NCBI RefSeq assembly: GCF_001194135.2
Contig: NC_068994.1
Location: 39,552,091 to 39,616,090, forward strand
Source: Octopus bimaculoides
Lineage: Eukaryota
Direction of reading: 5' to 3'
DNA length: 64,000 nt
Made by a program: the position numbers and the translations under genes. Each line of letters starts with the position of its first letter. Position 1 is the first letter of the stretch. Below, piece after piece: positions 39,903-53,212 of this stretch. Below the pieces are notes generated by a model that saw nothing but the letters and a program-made list of their open reading frames with translations, had not been told where the DNA came from and searched no databases.

Positions 39903-40583
39903 CATATATATCAACATACATACTAATACAGATATATATGTATATATGTATGCCTGTGCATGTGTGTGTGTACATATATATATATATACACACACATGCA
40001 TATACATAGACACACACAATAGCATACAAATACATACCTATGTACACATGCATGTACATATGTGCATATACATGCACATACATATGCACACACATGCATA
40101 CTTGCATACATACATATGTACACATGTATATGCATACATACATACATACACACATGTTTACATATATATATATATATATANNNNNNNNNNNNNNNNNNNN
40201 NNNNNNNNNNNNNNNNNNNNNNNNNNNNNNNNNNNNNNNNNNNNNNNNNNNNNNNNNNNNNNNNNNNNNNNNNNNNNNNNNNNNNNNNNNNNNNNNNNNN
40301 NNNNNNNNNNNNNNNNNNNNNATCTTTTTCATGACATTCTGTACAGCTTCACCCTGGTCTCTATTCAATTCTATATTATGTATGTAAATTTGTTTTTTAG
40401 AAAAATCTCTTTTGGTTCACGCTTTCCAAAAAATGTTACCTAAAATAATTAAAATGAAATATTAATTATATTAAACTTATCCTACAACCTTTTTTTTTTC
40501 TCTAAAAGACATTCTAACGTATTGTGATAACCCAGAAACAATATTCTATACATTTATATTTTCTTTGCTCTTCAAGAGAGATG

Positions 40584-40635
<52 letters not shown>

Positions 40636-40839
40636 ACGTGAATGCATGCGTGTGTGCATGTATACATGCATGCATGCATGTGTGTGTGTGTGTGTATCTG
40701 TGTGTATGTGTGTGTGTATATGAATGTCTTCAAATTTTTATTGCTTAATCAGAGGAAGAGCTCTGCCTGTGACCATTTCCAAGGCTTCTGAGACAGGATG
40801 GAAGGAAGAAAAAAGAAAGGAAAGAACAACCATACATCT

Positions 40840-41220
40840 ACATTAAGACTATATTATCCTAATGTCTTAAAGATGCAGTTATACATATATTATAGCACTA
40901 TATTATCTAATGTGTCATAACTACACAGTCACATCTGAATTATATCACATTACCTAAACTATCTTAACCACACATGTTTATATCATAGCACTACATCGTC
41001 TAGTGGTCTTAACAATGCAGCCAGACCTATGTCATCGTACAAATGTGTTTAATCACATTAGTTCTCTGATACAAGTGTGAGTAATCTAATACATCTTAAC
41101 CACAGAGTTATACATTTATTATGGCACTACATTATCTAGTGCATTTTAGCCAAAACAACCATACCTCTGCCATTAGACTACATTATCTAATGTGTCTTAA
41201 CCACACACACACATACATGT
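40840..41220. repeat. Degenerate minisatellite with core cactacattatctaatgtgtcttaaccacaca
   Basis: About 8 imperfect copies, period roughly 40-50 bp; further traces at 41495-41620. Confidence 0.7.
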
Positions 41221-41769
41221 ATCATAGTACAGGTACATCACTGAGATTCCTGAATGTGATGATCCAGAATTTTTTACAAATTCTCATGACAACCAAACTA
41301 GTACTTTGCACAGTACAGTATTTATAAACTTGTATCATTTATACTAATGTGCAGGTATCTTTACTGCATTTAATTATTAAAGTAAATTTAATATTTGTTT
41401 AATATAGTCTGTTGGCCAAGGTAACCCCACTCCCCTTGGTTCTGAAATATTAGCAATCTGGAAAAGCTTTGGAACTAAAGTTTCTGGAATATCAATGTTG
41501 TACTTACACTACATGCTCTAATGCCATTATCACACAGACATCCAATAATATAATTTAATGTAATAACCATTCAGACATACATGTATCATAGTACTACATT
41601 ATTTAACATATCTTGAACCTCAGTCATGCCTGCAATCCTAGAAAGTGCTTGTAAGCATCATTCTGGAGATAAAGTCTCGACAAGCTGAATTCATTCATTC
41701 TCAGTTCAGATTTAAATCACAAGTATCTTTATCTTTTAATTGTATCATTTCACTGGACTGTAACTATGA

Positions 41770-43470
41770 CTGCGATTTTGTTCAGCTTGATTGTTCTTCT
41801 TCTCAAGCACAACATAATACCAAAGGTCTTGGTCATTGTCTCTATGAAGCCCAACACTCGAAAGGAACTCAGCCACCTTTCCTCCATGAGGCCCAACACT
41901 TGAGAGTTACTCAGTCACTTTGCCTTGTCAGGCCCCACACTCAAGAGGAACTCAGCTACTTTGTCTCCGTGAGGCCTAACATTCAAAAGATGTTCTTTAC
42001 ATGCCACCAGCACAGGTGCTTTTATGAGTGCTTTTATGTGCCACTGGCATGGTGCCAATTTGTGTGACACCGGTATCTGCCACGAGTGAGATTTTGCTCA
42101 GCTTGATGAGTCTTCTTCTCAAGGTGATGGGTCCTCTCAAGCACAGCACAATGCCAAAGGTCTCAGACACCAGTCATTGCTTCTATGAGGCTCAAAGTTC
42201 AAAGTTCATGCCTCACCACTTCATCCCATGTTTTCCTGGGTCTACCTCTACCACAGGTTCCCTCCACAGTTAGAGATTGGTACTTCCTTACGCAGCTGTC
42301 CTCATCCATATGCATCACATGACCATACCAGCACAGTCATCTCTCTCTCTTGCACACCACATCTGATTCCTCTTATAACAAACTTTTCTATCAAGATGCT
42401 TACACTCTGTCAAACATGCACATTGACATTGCAATAATCATACTGGTTTCATTTCTTTCAAGCCTACACATGTCCTCGGCTGTCATAGCCCATGTTTCAC
42501 TGCCATGCAGCATGGCTGTTTGCACACAGGCATCAAACAATCTATCTGCCTTTCACTCTGAGAGAGAAGCCTTTTGTTGTCAGCAGGGGTAGGAGCTCTC
42601 TGAACTTTGCCAAGCCTAATCTTATTCTGACAGCTATGCTCTTGGAGCATCTACCTCCACTACTAATTTGGTCACTTAGATAATGGAAGCTATCGACTAC
42701 CTCTTGCTTGTGCTACTAGCAGTTGATGGAGTCTATTTTCTGTGCATTTTCAGCGTTTATTGTATCTGTGCACCTTCCACATACAAAAGTTAGCTTCCTT
42801 GTTAACCTTCCTCTAATGTTTCTGCACCTCTTATGTGTCCAAAGCTTACACTGGGTGCATCTTATGGAGTTTCTACCTACACTTTTTCTACAGACTGTGC
42901 AGGGCCATCTACCTGAAGAGATTTGTGACTTGTCTGCCTTCCTACTTACTATAACTTTGGTTTTTGCTAGGTTAACTCTAAGGCCCTTTGATTCTAGACT
43001 TTGCTTCCATACCTGAAACTTCATCTCTAGTTCAGGTAGTGATTCAGCTATAAGAGCAAGGTTATCAGTATAGAGGAGCTCCCAGGGGCAGCCTGTCTTG
43101 AATTCCTCTGTTATTGCCTGGAGAACTATGATGAACAAGAGGGGGCTGAAAACCGATACTTGATGAACCCCTACTTGTACCCTGAATTCTTCGCTATACT
43201 CATTGCCCACCCTCACTTTACTGGTAGAGTCTCTGTACAAGGCTTGTATGGCTCTCACCAACCACTCATCAATCCCTAGTTTCTGAACTGACCACCAGAT
43301 AAGGGATTAGCGGGTCTCTGTCAAAAGCTTTCTCTAAGTCAGCAAAAGCCAAGTACAGAGGTTTACCTTTTGCTAGGTATTTCTCCCGCAATTGCCTTAC
43401 CAGAAATAAAGCATCAGAGGTGCTTCCACCTGGCACAAAACCAAACTGCATCTCATCTAGACTAATTCTC
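41770..43470 (-). mobile_element. 5'-truncated RTE-clade LINE: RT domain, PHD-like Cys/His insert, C-terminus and modular 3' UTR
   Basis: QFGFVPGGSTSDALFLVRQLREK...AFADLEKAFDR; GVHQVSVFSPLLFIIVL; LLYTDNL (degenerate YADD); CTVC...CTQCKLWTHKRC...CGRC; frameshifts and stops present. Confidence 0.92.
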
Positions 43471-44629
43471 TCCCTAATTAATATTTATGAGAAGGGTTTC
43501 TGCACAGATTCCACTTAACAAATTCATTCACAAGCCATTGGTTAACCTGGGGCTATAGTAAAAGACATTAGCCCAAATTACTGCAAACTGAGACTGAACC
43601 AGAAGCCATATAGCTGCAAAGTGAGATTCTTAACCACACAGCCATGCCTGAGTCTATGATAGTTTTTAATTTTTTTTTATGTTTTCCCTCATATTTTGAA
43701 ATCATTCTGTAAAAGCTTAAACATCACAACTGCCCATTTCACAATCTCATCTTCTAAAAATTACAGAATTTTGGTCTGTGAATTCAAACATGATCAATTA
43801 CTTGAGAAAATATGGGGTCTGTCAGGTTTACTTGACCTTGGCAATATAGAAACAAAAAAAAACAAAGCAAAAAACTATGAAACAAAAACAAAATATCCCT
43901 AAGACATGAGGCATTCTGTAAACCTCTTGAGTCTGGTTTGGTTATGGAACTATTAAATTTAATTAAACTAAAATTATCACTCATGAAGAAAAATGGATGT
44001 GAAAATGAAAAAAAAAAAAAAATACAAAATATAGAAAATATCAATGGGAGGTTTTCGTGAGTTAAAATATTTTCAAGAATAATCAAATGTTTTCTCAGAA
44101 GAGAGTATGTGATTGGAAAATTATGATAATTATATTATACAAATATTTGAAAAAGCTAAAGGATTTTGAAAATGTTTCTTAAAAAAAGTGCATAAAAATA
44201 AAAAAATAAAACATCTTGGAAAATACTAATTTTTCAAAGCAGGCAGTTTATCACTTGAGTAAAAAAAAAAATGGAAAATTCCGAATAATTTTCTAATTGA
44301 TATTAATTGCACAGAAAATACGCATTTTTGTTAAGAATATTTTCATTAAAATCTTTAAATATATCAAAAACTATATAGAGAGAATAGCATTACTAGGAGA
44401 TCAAATGGTAAATGGTTGAAGTTGGTAAATTTTAGAATAATTATTAACTGTTTTAGAAAGAATTTAAAAATTGGCATAATTGTTTGCCAATAGCTCCTAT
44501 GTAGTGTTTAGCTGATAAGAAATTGTAATGTATAGTACAATATGAGTATATAAAGCTAAGAGTTAGACATTAATTCTTTACATATATTCTTGTAAATTTT
44601 GTTGAATATTTGCATTGAATCTTTTACAA

Positions 44630-44842
44630 TGGGTGGGTGATGGGGCAGGAAATGTCTTGGCTTTGGGTAAAAGAAAATACAGGAGGATCAGTTAATTATG
44701 ATTTTATTCAACGTAATGTCCTTTCAGATTCACAGTTATTTCAGGAGTCCTTCAGTTTTTCTAAGCCCAGAAGATTGGCCTCCAGCCAGGCCTTTCGTGA
44801 TACCCTTAAAACCAGGAACTTTTCAGCACTCTATCATAGGAT
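44630..44842. mobile_element. Mariner-type MITE
   Basis: Homologous to 17107-17290; right TIR ccaggaacttttcagcac. Confidence 0.7.
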
Positions 44843-45049
44843 ACTTTTCAAATACAAAATTGTGTTAAGTCTTGGCTAGAGAGAGTGGGGGGAGAAAAAT
44901 ATGCACAGACATGGTTGTGTTATTAAGAAGCTTGCTTTGTAACCACATGAATTTGGGTTTAGTCTTACTGTGCTGACTCTTGGGCAAATATCTTCAATAT
45001 AGGCCCAGGCTGACCAATGCCTTGTGAGTAAATTTCATAGAGAGAAACT

Positions 45050-45410
45050 GTGTGGAGGTGACCGGCTGTGTGGTAAGAAGTTTGCTTTGCAACCACATGG
45101 TTCCAGGTTCGGTCCCACTGTGTGGCACCTTAGGCAAGTGACTTCTACTACAGCCTCAGGCCAACCAAAGCCTTATGAATGGATTTGGTTGATGAAAACT
45201 GAAAGAAGCCTATTGTGTGTGTGTGTGTGTATTGCTGTGTCTCTGTTTGACGACCAATGGTGTGTTTACATTCACGTGACTTAGTGTTCAGGTGAAGAGA
45301 CCAATAGAACAAGTACCAGGCTTAAAGAGAAAATAAGTACTGGGGTTGATTAGTTTGACTAAAATTCCTCTAGGCACAGCATGGGCACAGTCTAACAATT
45401 GAAACTAGTA
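45050..45410 (+). mobile_element. Family A SINE (preceded by a second head at ~44905)
   Basis: ggctgtgtggtaagaagtttgc...aggttcggtccc head. Confidence 0.75.
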
Positions 45411-45422
45411 ATATATGATATA

Positions 45423-45700
45423 CATATATATATATATATATATGGTTCAGTGGTTAGAACGTCAGGCTCACAATCATGAGATAATGAGTTTGATTCCTTG
45501 ACTGCACTGTGTGTTGTGTTCTCGAACAAGACACTTCATTTCACATTGCTTCAGTTCACTCACCTGTAGAAATGAGTTGTGATGTCACTGGTATGCAAAA
45601 GTAACTGCTGGTCTTCCATAAACCATCTTGCCTGGACTTGTGCCTTAGAAGGGAACTTTCTAGGGACAATCCCATGGTCATTCATGACCAAAGAAGGTCT
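45423..45700 (+). mobile_element. tRNA-derived SINE, family D
   Basis: tggttcagtggttag A box, gagtttgattcc B box, ctcgaacaagacactt core; related fragments near 9000-9110, 58990-59150 and 60480-60600. Confidence 0.65.
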
Positions 45701-45734
45701 TTATATATATATATATATAAGATGCATATATATA

Positions 45735-46128
45735 TTCTTTTCTTCTTTCATTCTTTTACACATTTCAGCCATGCTGGAGCACTGCTTTAAAGAGTTTTAA
45801 TTGCCGAGATCAACCCCAGGACTTATTCATTGTAAGCCTAGTACTTATTTTATCGATCTCTTTTGCTGAACCACTAAGTTACAGTAACATAAGCACACCA
45901 ACATTAGTTGTCAAGTGATGGTTGGGGAGTAAACACAGACACAAAGACACACACATATATACATATACACACAACAGACTTCTTTCAGTTTCTGTCAACC
46001 AAATCCATTCACAAGGCTTTGATTGGCCTGAGTATATAGGAAAGACACTTACCCAAAGTGGTATGCAGTGGGACTGAACCCAAAACCAGTGGTTGGGAAC
46101 CAAGCTTCTCACCACACAGCCTGCACCT
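45735..46128 (-). mobile_element. Family A SINE
   Basis: Homologous to 20515-20948. Confidence 0.8.
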
Positions 46129-46129
46129 G

Positions 46130-46177
<48 letters not shown>

Positions 46178-47439
46178 TATATTTAAGTATGTGTGTGTGT
46201 CCATGCATATGTGTATTTATGTTTTTTGCCCACTACCATATAACAGCAACAAATGTTGACTTGTTTATGTTAGCATAACTTATCAGTTTGCCTAAAGTGA
46301 CTAATAGAAAAAAACACTAGACTTAAAACAAGCATGAAAAAAAAAAAATAAAAAAAAATAAGGTATTTGGATTGATTTCTTCAACTAAGCAGTTTGAGGT
46401 GGTGCCCAGCATGGCTGCAGTCCAATGACTGAAACAAGTAAAAAGTATAAAAGAGAAAAGATAAAAGGAGAGAAGGGGAGGGTGAATAAGAGAGATAGGC
46501 TTTCATTCGCGCTTGGCATATGAAGTAGAGAAGTATTTTTTATCAAGTTGGCAATGTCAAATTTCTGGTACATCAAGTCACTAATACAAAGGAGCCTTTA
46601 ATCTATGATTTCAGAAGCTTTTTAGCAACCAGGTTCTTCTGTGGTGGATTGAGTAAGAGTTTTCTATAGCATCAGCTTATCAACACCTTCTGAATAAAAT
46701 TTGGTTGACAGAAACTGTGCAAATTCTCATCGCATGCATGCAAGGGTGTGTGTGTATGTGCATGTATATATGTACATACATGTATTTCTATATGAGTGCT
46801 TATGTGTGTGCAGGTGCGTGTGACTGTGTTTACATTTATATTTAGCAGTATATTCATAAGTGCAGGTGTAGCTATGTCGTTAAAAAGCCTGCTTCCCAGC
46901 CATGTAGTCTCAAGTTCAGTCCCACTTTAAGACACCTTGGGCATGTCTTCTGCTCTGGCCCTGGGCCAACCAAAGCTTTGTGAGTGGATCTGATAGGTGG
47001 TCAGTGAAAGAAGCCTATTGTGCGTGGTGTGTATATTATATATATGTGTGTGTGTGCTTCGATGTCTGTTCCTTATGAGCATGCCCTGGTACTTTGCCAC
47101 CATCTCTCTCCTGCTCTTCTTCATTCTCTCTCTTTCTCTTGCTCTCTTCCACTCTCTCTCTCTCTGAGACCAGGTAACCATGTATCTCCTCAACAGCCAG
47201 ACACCTCTTTCTGTATCTCTATCACACTCTAACCCTTTCATCATCTGACACAAGATCACCTTAGAAATAGTCTGGAGAAGTCATAAAAGAAGACACTTGC
47301 CTAAGGTACCATACAATGTAACTGAACCTGGAAACCATATGGTTTGGAAATAAACTTTTTAACCACACACCCAAATTTGCACCTGTATATAATATATTGT
47401 GTAATTACCACGTCTCAATCAGCAGTGATAGTATATTGG

Positions 47440-47785
47440 GTTTCAAATTTTGGGACAAGGCATGCAACTTTAGGAGAGGAGGTAAGTCGATTACATCAAT
47501 GCAAGTGTTCAACAGGTACTTAACCGTTTAGCATTCAGATCACTCTATCAAACGTAATGCCTATTTATTTTCATTGCTTTGAATTTATCCTCATTATCTT
47601 GTAGCCTTGAGATTTCGATTAGGTGGCTGCATATTTTTTATACTAACATTGTGGGGTAGGTGACCCCAAAAGTATGAAAGATAAAGTCAACATTGGAGGA
47701 ATTTGAACTCAGAATGAAAAATGATGGATGAAATGCTGCTAATCATTTTGACCAGCGTGCTAATGGTTCTGGCAGCTCAATGCCT
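47440..47785 (-). mobile_element. Family B SINE interrupted by a partial P1 piggyBac-type MITE (47520-47670)
   Basis: SINE sequence ...caggtact|taaccgtttagcattcag...gtaggtga|ccccaaaagtatgaaag resumes after the insert. Confidence 0.65.
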
Positions 47786-47877
47786 TAGTGAAGTGATAGA
47801 ACTACAATTTATAGAGCAGTGACAATGAGTAAATTTGATGTATTAAAAAAAATGGATATTAAAAGTGATGGGAGAGA

Positions 47878-47914
<37 letters not shown>

Positions 47915-47924
47915 NNNNNNNNNN

Positions 47925-47969
<45 letters not shown>

Positions 47970-48859
47970 TGGAAGTGAGGTGATGAAATCATTGAGCATT
48001 TTCTTGGGGGTAGCAATGGAATTTTGATGAGCTTTGAAAAAGAAAAGAAGAAAAATAAATTAATCCTATAATATGGATTGATGGGATTTAGATGCTATGT
48101 TGAAGTCAAATGAATTCAGTGAAATATAATGATGATTGAGAGTTCAATATCAAACAGAACATGTCATATGATAGATGGCTGATTTGATTTTATCTTTGAT
48201 ATTTTGAGGAATATGCTTGCATTAGCATCGATTATGACTAAAGGCAGCATTGTAAAAAAAAAAAAAAACAGTGTATTAATAAAGATAGGTACAGCTTATA
48301 CAAAATAACTTTGGAATACTTGTTCTGTTATTGCAAAAATTTAAATGAATGTAATTGACAGTTAATATTTGCAGCAAAATAGTGAAGTTGTAAAAGCAAA
48401 ATAGTCTTAGTTTCTTTTTTTTTTTTTTTCATAAAGATAAGAACTCTGTCCATCTGTTGCATCTATTAAACATTAAAATAATTCATGTAAGTAGGTATAT
48501 ATCATTATCTATATATCACTCTAATACACAAACATATACATACATACATACACTATATANNNNNNNNNNNNNNNNNNNNNNNNNNNNNNNNNNNNNNNNN
48601 NNNNNNNNNNNNNNNNNNNNNNNNNNNNNNNNNNNNNNNNNNNNNNNNNNNNNNNNNNNNNNNNNNNNNNNNNNNNNNNNNNNNNNNNNNNNNNNNNNNN
48701 NNNNNNNNNNNNNNNNNNNNNNNNNNNNNNNNNNNNNNNNNNNNNNNNNNNNNNNNNNNNNNNNNNNNNNNNNNNNNNNNNNNNNNNNNNNNNNNNNNNN
48801 NNNNNNNNNNNNNNNNNNNNNNNNNNNNNNNNNNNNNNNNNNNNNNNNNNNNNNNNNNN

Positions 48860-49200
48860 CTAGAGGTTCGGGCATGTAACCCCATTTCAAAATGTCATCC
48901 GATAATCACTCCGGAAAGGAATATTCGGATAGAATGGGGCTTGCTAAAACTAGGCCGAAACAGCTGTAAGATTAAACTTCTGTTCATCCTCTAATTCCTT
49001 ATGTACTTTGTACTTCTATATGTAAACCATGTTGGCAAAATAACATGGTCTGCCATAGACACCTGTGCTTTGGTTCTTTCTTTCTTTTTCTTTTCTTTCT
49101 TTTTTTGTCACTTTTGCTATGAATTAAATTAATGAATTCAACGGGATACACCGTCTGCAAGTAGTTGGGTTCAGCATAGTATCCTCCATTTTCTAATTAT
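48860..49200 (+). mobile_element. Penelope-like pseudo-LTR fragment next to a gap
   Basis: ggcttg..ctaggcc-GAAA-cagctg-TA (hammerhead 3' half), CpG-containing, T-rich tract. Confidence 0.45.
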
Positions 49201-50067
49201 ATACATATATGTATATTCGCTTTGGAAAGTATATTCAGTGATTAAGGTCACCTGGCTGCTGTGTCTAACCAGGTGGTTGTCCAGCACCAAGGAAGGGAAA
49301 TAAGCCAGGAATATTGGTCTGCTGGTATTGCCAATGGCTAGGAGGGAGCAGTGAGCCTCCTTGCAAACAAGCTAGAAAAGACCTTTTCCTGTGGTTAAAA
49401 TGTAGTAACATAGTCCTAGTCAGGACTGCCACGTTATGTTGGCCAATAAATTTTACTATATATATTTTGCCTTTATTTATAAGTTGTCCATAATTTTCAC
49501 CTCAAAAGTTATTTTTTTAATAAGCTGGCCACTGATAAAATTTTTTGAAAATTTTATCCTATATTAGATGTAAATTTATTACCATTCACTTCCAGATTGT
49601 CTCTTACTCTATGAGAATTTTTAGTCTCATCGCACGTGTCTCGAGCTGTACAGCAAAATTTCTATTTGGATATATTTGGGGTACTTAAGTGTACATATAG
49701 CTTTGTGCCTGCGTGTTCCATAGGTGCAAGTAAGTATTTCATTTATTTCTGAATGTATTTACCGCTGGTAACGCGAAAATTCTTTATGAATTTACTCAGA
49801 AACCAGATTGATTCAGTAATAACAGAATTTTTAGAAATTTCTGTCAGCTTGCTTCGAGATGTGTGCTTATAGTGATGAATTATATGTGGTTATTGATGAT
49901 TTAGAATTTATTCTCGGCATATTTGGCATAGGAATTTTTTTCTTTTGCCCTTATTTATAAGTTGTTTATAATTTTCACCTTAAAAGGTATTTTTTAATAT
50001 GCTGGCCACTGATCAAATTTTTGGAAATTTTATCCTATATCAGGTGATATATAATATATATATAATC

Positions 50068-50280
50068 TTTTATTATTTTATTTGTTTTAATCATTTGACT
50101 CCAGCCATGCTGGAGCACCACCTTCAGTGAAGTAAATCAACCTCAGGACTTATTCTTTGTAAGCCTAGTACTTATTCTATTGGTCTCTTCTGCCAAACTG
50201 CTAAGTTATGGCGATGTAAACACACCAGCATCGGTTGTCAAGCGATGGTGGAGAGACAAACACAGAAACAGACACACATA
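50068..50280 (-). mobile_element. Family A SINE, 3' half
   Basis: Homologous to the 3' half of 20515-20948. Confidence 0.8.
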
Positions 50281-50335
50281 TATATTCTCATATATAATAT
50301 ACATATATATATGTATGTATGTGTGTGTATATATA

Positions 50336-50390
<55 letters not shown>

Positions 50391-50392
<2 letters not shown>

Positions 50393-50551
50393 TGCAGGTG
50401 TGGCTGTGTGGTAAGAAGCTTGATTCCCAATCACATGGTTCTGGGTTCAGTCCCGCTGCATAACACCTTGGGCAAGTGTCTTCTACTATAGCCTCGGAGT
50501 GACCAAAGCCTTGTAAGTGGGTTTGGTAGATAGAAACGGGAAGAAGCCCTT

Positions 50552-50606
<55 letters not shown>

Positions 50607-50835
50607 ATATGCGTGTGCTTGTTCCCCGCCCCATCACCAACACTTGACAACTAATTCTGGTGTGTTTATGTCCTTGTAACTTAGCAGTTCAGCCAAAGGG
50701 ACTGATAAAATAAGTACTAGACTTACAAAGAATAAGTCCTGGGGTTGATTTATTTGACTAACACCCTTTAAGGTGATGCTCCAGCATGGCTGCTGTTAAA
50801 TGATTGAAACAAGTAAAAAAATAAAAGAATAAAAT
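50391..50835 (+). mobile_element. Family A SINE, full length
   Basis: ggtgcaggtgtggctgtgtggtaag head, internal (TA)n, aaacaagtaaaaaaataaaag tail. Confidence 0.88.
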
Positions 50836-50865
50836 AATATATATATGTGTACACAAACACACACA

Positions 50866-51875
50866 TCTATGTACATAAATATGTAATGGTTTCTGTTTGT
50901 GTGTTCATTTGGGATTACTCTAACTCCTCCCACACCGTCCAACCAATTTTAATGAAAACTCGATAATGCTCAGTTGGCATCGATTTTTGTGAGCTCAGCA
51001 GGCGTTTGAATGGAAATTCCCATAACAATGTTATTTTTCCTGTAGCTTTTGCATTTTCTCCGATTTTGATGAAAATCGCTGAGTGAACAAGGCTCATGGC
51101 AGTGAGTTGATGTCAGTATATGGCATTGACAAAAATCGTTAATTGCACATGTGCAGGGTATTTTAAGAAATCAATAGCCTTTTTGTATGCAATTACCCAT
51201 AGGATTAATATTTTATACTGTAACTTTTACAGAATTCATCCGATTTTGATGAAATTTGACATTTGAGTAAAGTTTATTGTCAGAGTCATCTAGTAGAATT
51301 AAAATTAAACTGGCAAAAGACAGGAATCTTCACAATTCTCTGACAATAAAATAATGAACTGATTTTGAAGAAAATTGACTCATGAGTAAAATTAAGCGCT
51401 TTGGCATATGAAACATCAATTATTCATATAATGTATTGGGATTTAAAAGTCAATGAGATATTTTCATGTAAGAGATATTTTCATGTAAGAGATATTTTCA
51501 TGTAAATGAAATATTTTCATGTAAATGGTGACATGGATTCTATTTTATGACATAACCTTAACACTTGTCTTCGGATTTTGCAGAGATTTGACATGCTGAT
51601 CAATTTTGCACAGAGGGTGACATTAAGGGGGGAGAAATAAACAAACATCACTCTCAAGAGGTTGAGTTACACCCAAGAATTCGACTGCGATTTCAGATGG
51701 TCCAGTATATAGAAGTATGTCGAAAGCTTTAACCAGGTAAAATCTCTGCCAAAATAGATATAACATCTTAATGGGTAATAGCTGACACAGGGAACTTAGA
51801 CGATTTCAATACAAGGTGAGAGGTGGGCTTAACTTCAACACGGAAAACACGAGCAACACTGGGTCCAACAGCTAG
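50866..51875 (+). mobile_element. Non-autonomous Helitron-like element (~1 kb)
   Basis: 5' a|TC..., 3' ...gagcaacactgggtccaacagCTAG|t (A/T target, no TSD). Repeated ccgattttgatgaaa motif and four tandem gagatattttcatgtaa-type units at 51455-51524. Confidence 0.7.
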
Positions 51876-51999
51876 TATATTTATATATAGAGAGAGATTG
51901 ACAATATCAAAAATAAAGATTACTCTGAAGTAGCATTACCATTACTTTTAATTCTATAATTGTTTTGGTGTAATCCTTTACATTTTACTAACACACACA

Positions 52000-52044
<45 letters not shown>

Positions 52045-52270
52045 GTATATTTATATAAGAAAAGTTTGTGTAATAAAATTTATGGTGATATTAGGATCAT
52101 ATTACATCACTACATCATTACAAATTAGATATATATTTATATACATGTTGACTATATGGCAAAGTACTTGATAGGTATGAAACCAATGGCCATTCACTGA
52201 CTGGCCAAAACAAATATATTACCGCTCTAATATTTTAGAGTTAACTTCTTATTCAGATATATGAAATCCT

Positions 52271-52319
<49 letters not shown>

Positions 52320-52644
52320 TAGGTTTCAGCCCAGGCCATAGCTAACTTTGAAGTACCACCTAGAAAAGATATTTAATGATGCTTCATATTACAGTCATTC
52401 TTTGAGCACCATTACCCATTAGAGAAAAAAGTTATTGTTTGCAAAGATATATCTAAGTGTTGGTGGAATTTGTTGGAGATATTCATCCAGGAACTTTTTG
52501 AATGTTATGAGATTTTTTTCTTCTCTTATATATATCTTGATATCAGTTTTTCTAAGACCTGTAAAAGAACTTGGAAGGTTGAGCCTCCAGCCAGACCTTT
52601 TACCGGGAACTTTTCAGCAGCACCTCATATATATATATATACAT

Positions 52645-52955
52645 ATTAGGCCTCATGGAGGCAATGTGGCTGATGCCGATATCACGTAAGTGTCACCTGT
52701 GCTGGTGACACGTAAAAAGCACCATTCGAGTGTTCGGTCTCATGGAAGCAATGTGACTGATGCTGGTGTCATGTAAAAGCACCCATTACACCCTCAGAGT
52801 GGTTGGCATTGGGAAGAGCATCCAGCCATAGAAACCATGTCAAATCAGACTGGAACTGGTGCAGCCCTTCGGTTTACCAGCCCTGATCAAACTGTCCAAC
52901 CCATGCCAGCATGGACAGCAAATGTTAAATGATGACGACGACGATGACGATGATG
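52645..52955 (+). mobile_element. RTE LINE 3' UTR fragment with hairpin modules and (GAT/GAC)n tail
   Basis: ggcctcatggaggcaa modules shared with 41830-42000; gtgtcacc-tgtgct-ggtgacac hairpin at 52690-52711; ccaacccatgccagcatgg tail. Confidence 0.75.
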
Positions 52956-53212
52956 ATATGTATATGATGTGTTTATCTGATTACTCATTTTACCCAGTTT
53001 GTCTATGTGATTTTCTTTATGTAGATAGTTTAGTATTTGTGGATAGTTTAACACACATCTAATGTACTACACAAATATATATTTACAGTAATGTAAGATG
53101 TGACAATCTTAATTAAACAAAATTTATAATCCTTTACAAAATATTTTAATGTTTTTAATGTTTTTACAATTCTGTGACAAGTAATCGCTGATATCAATGT
53201 TCATAAAAATAA

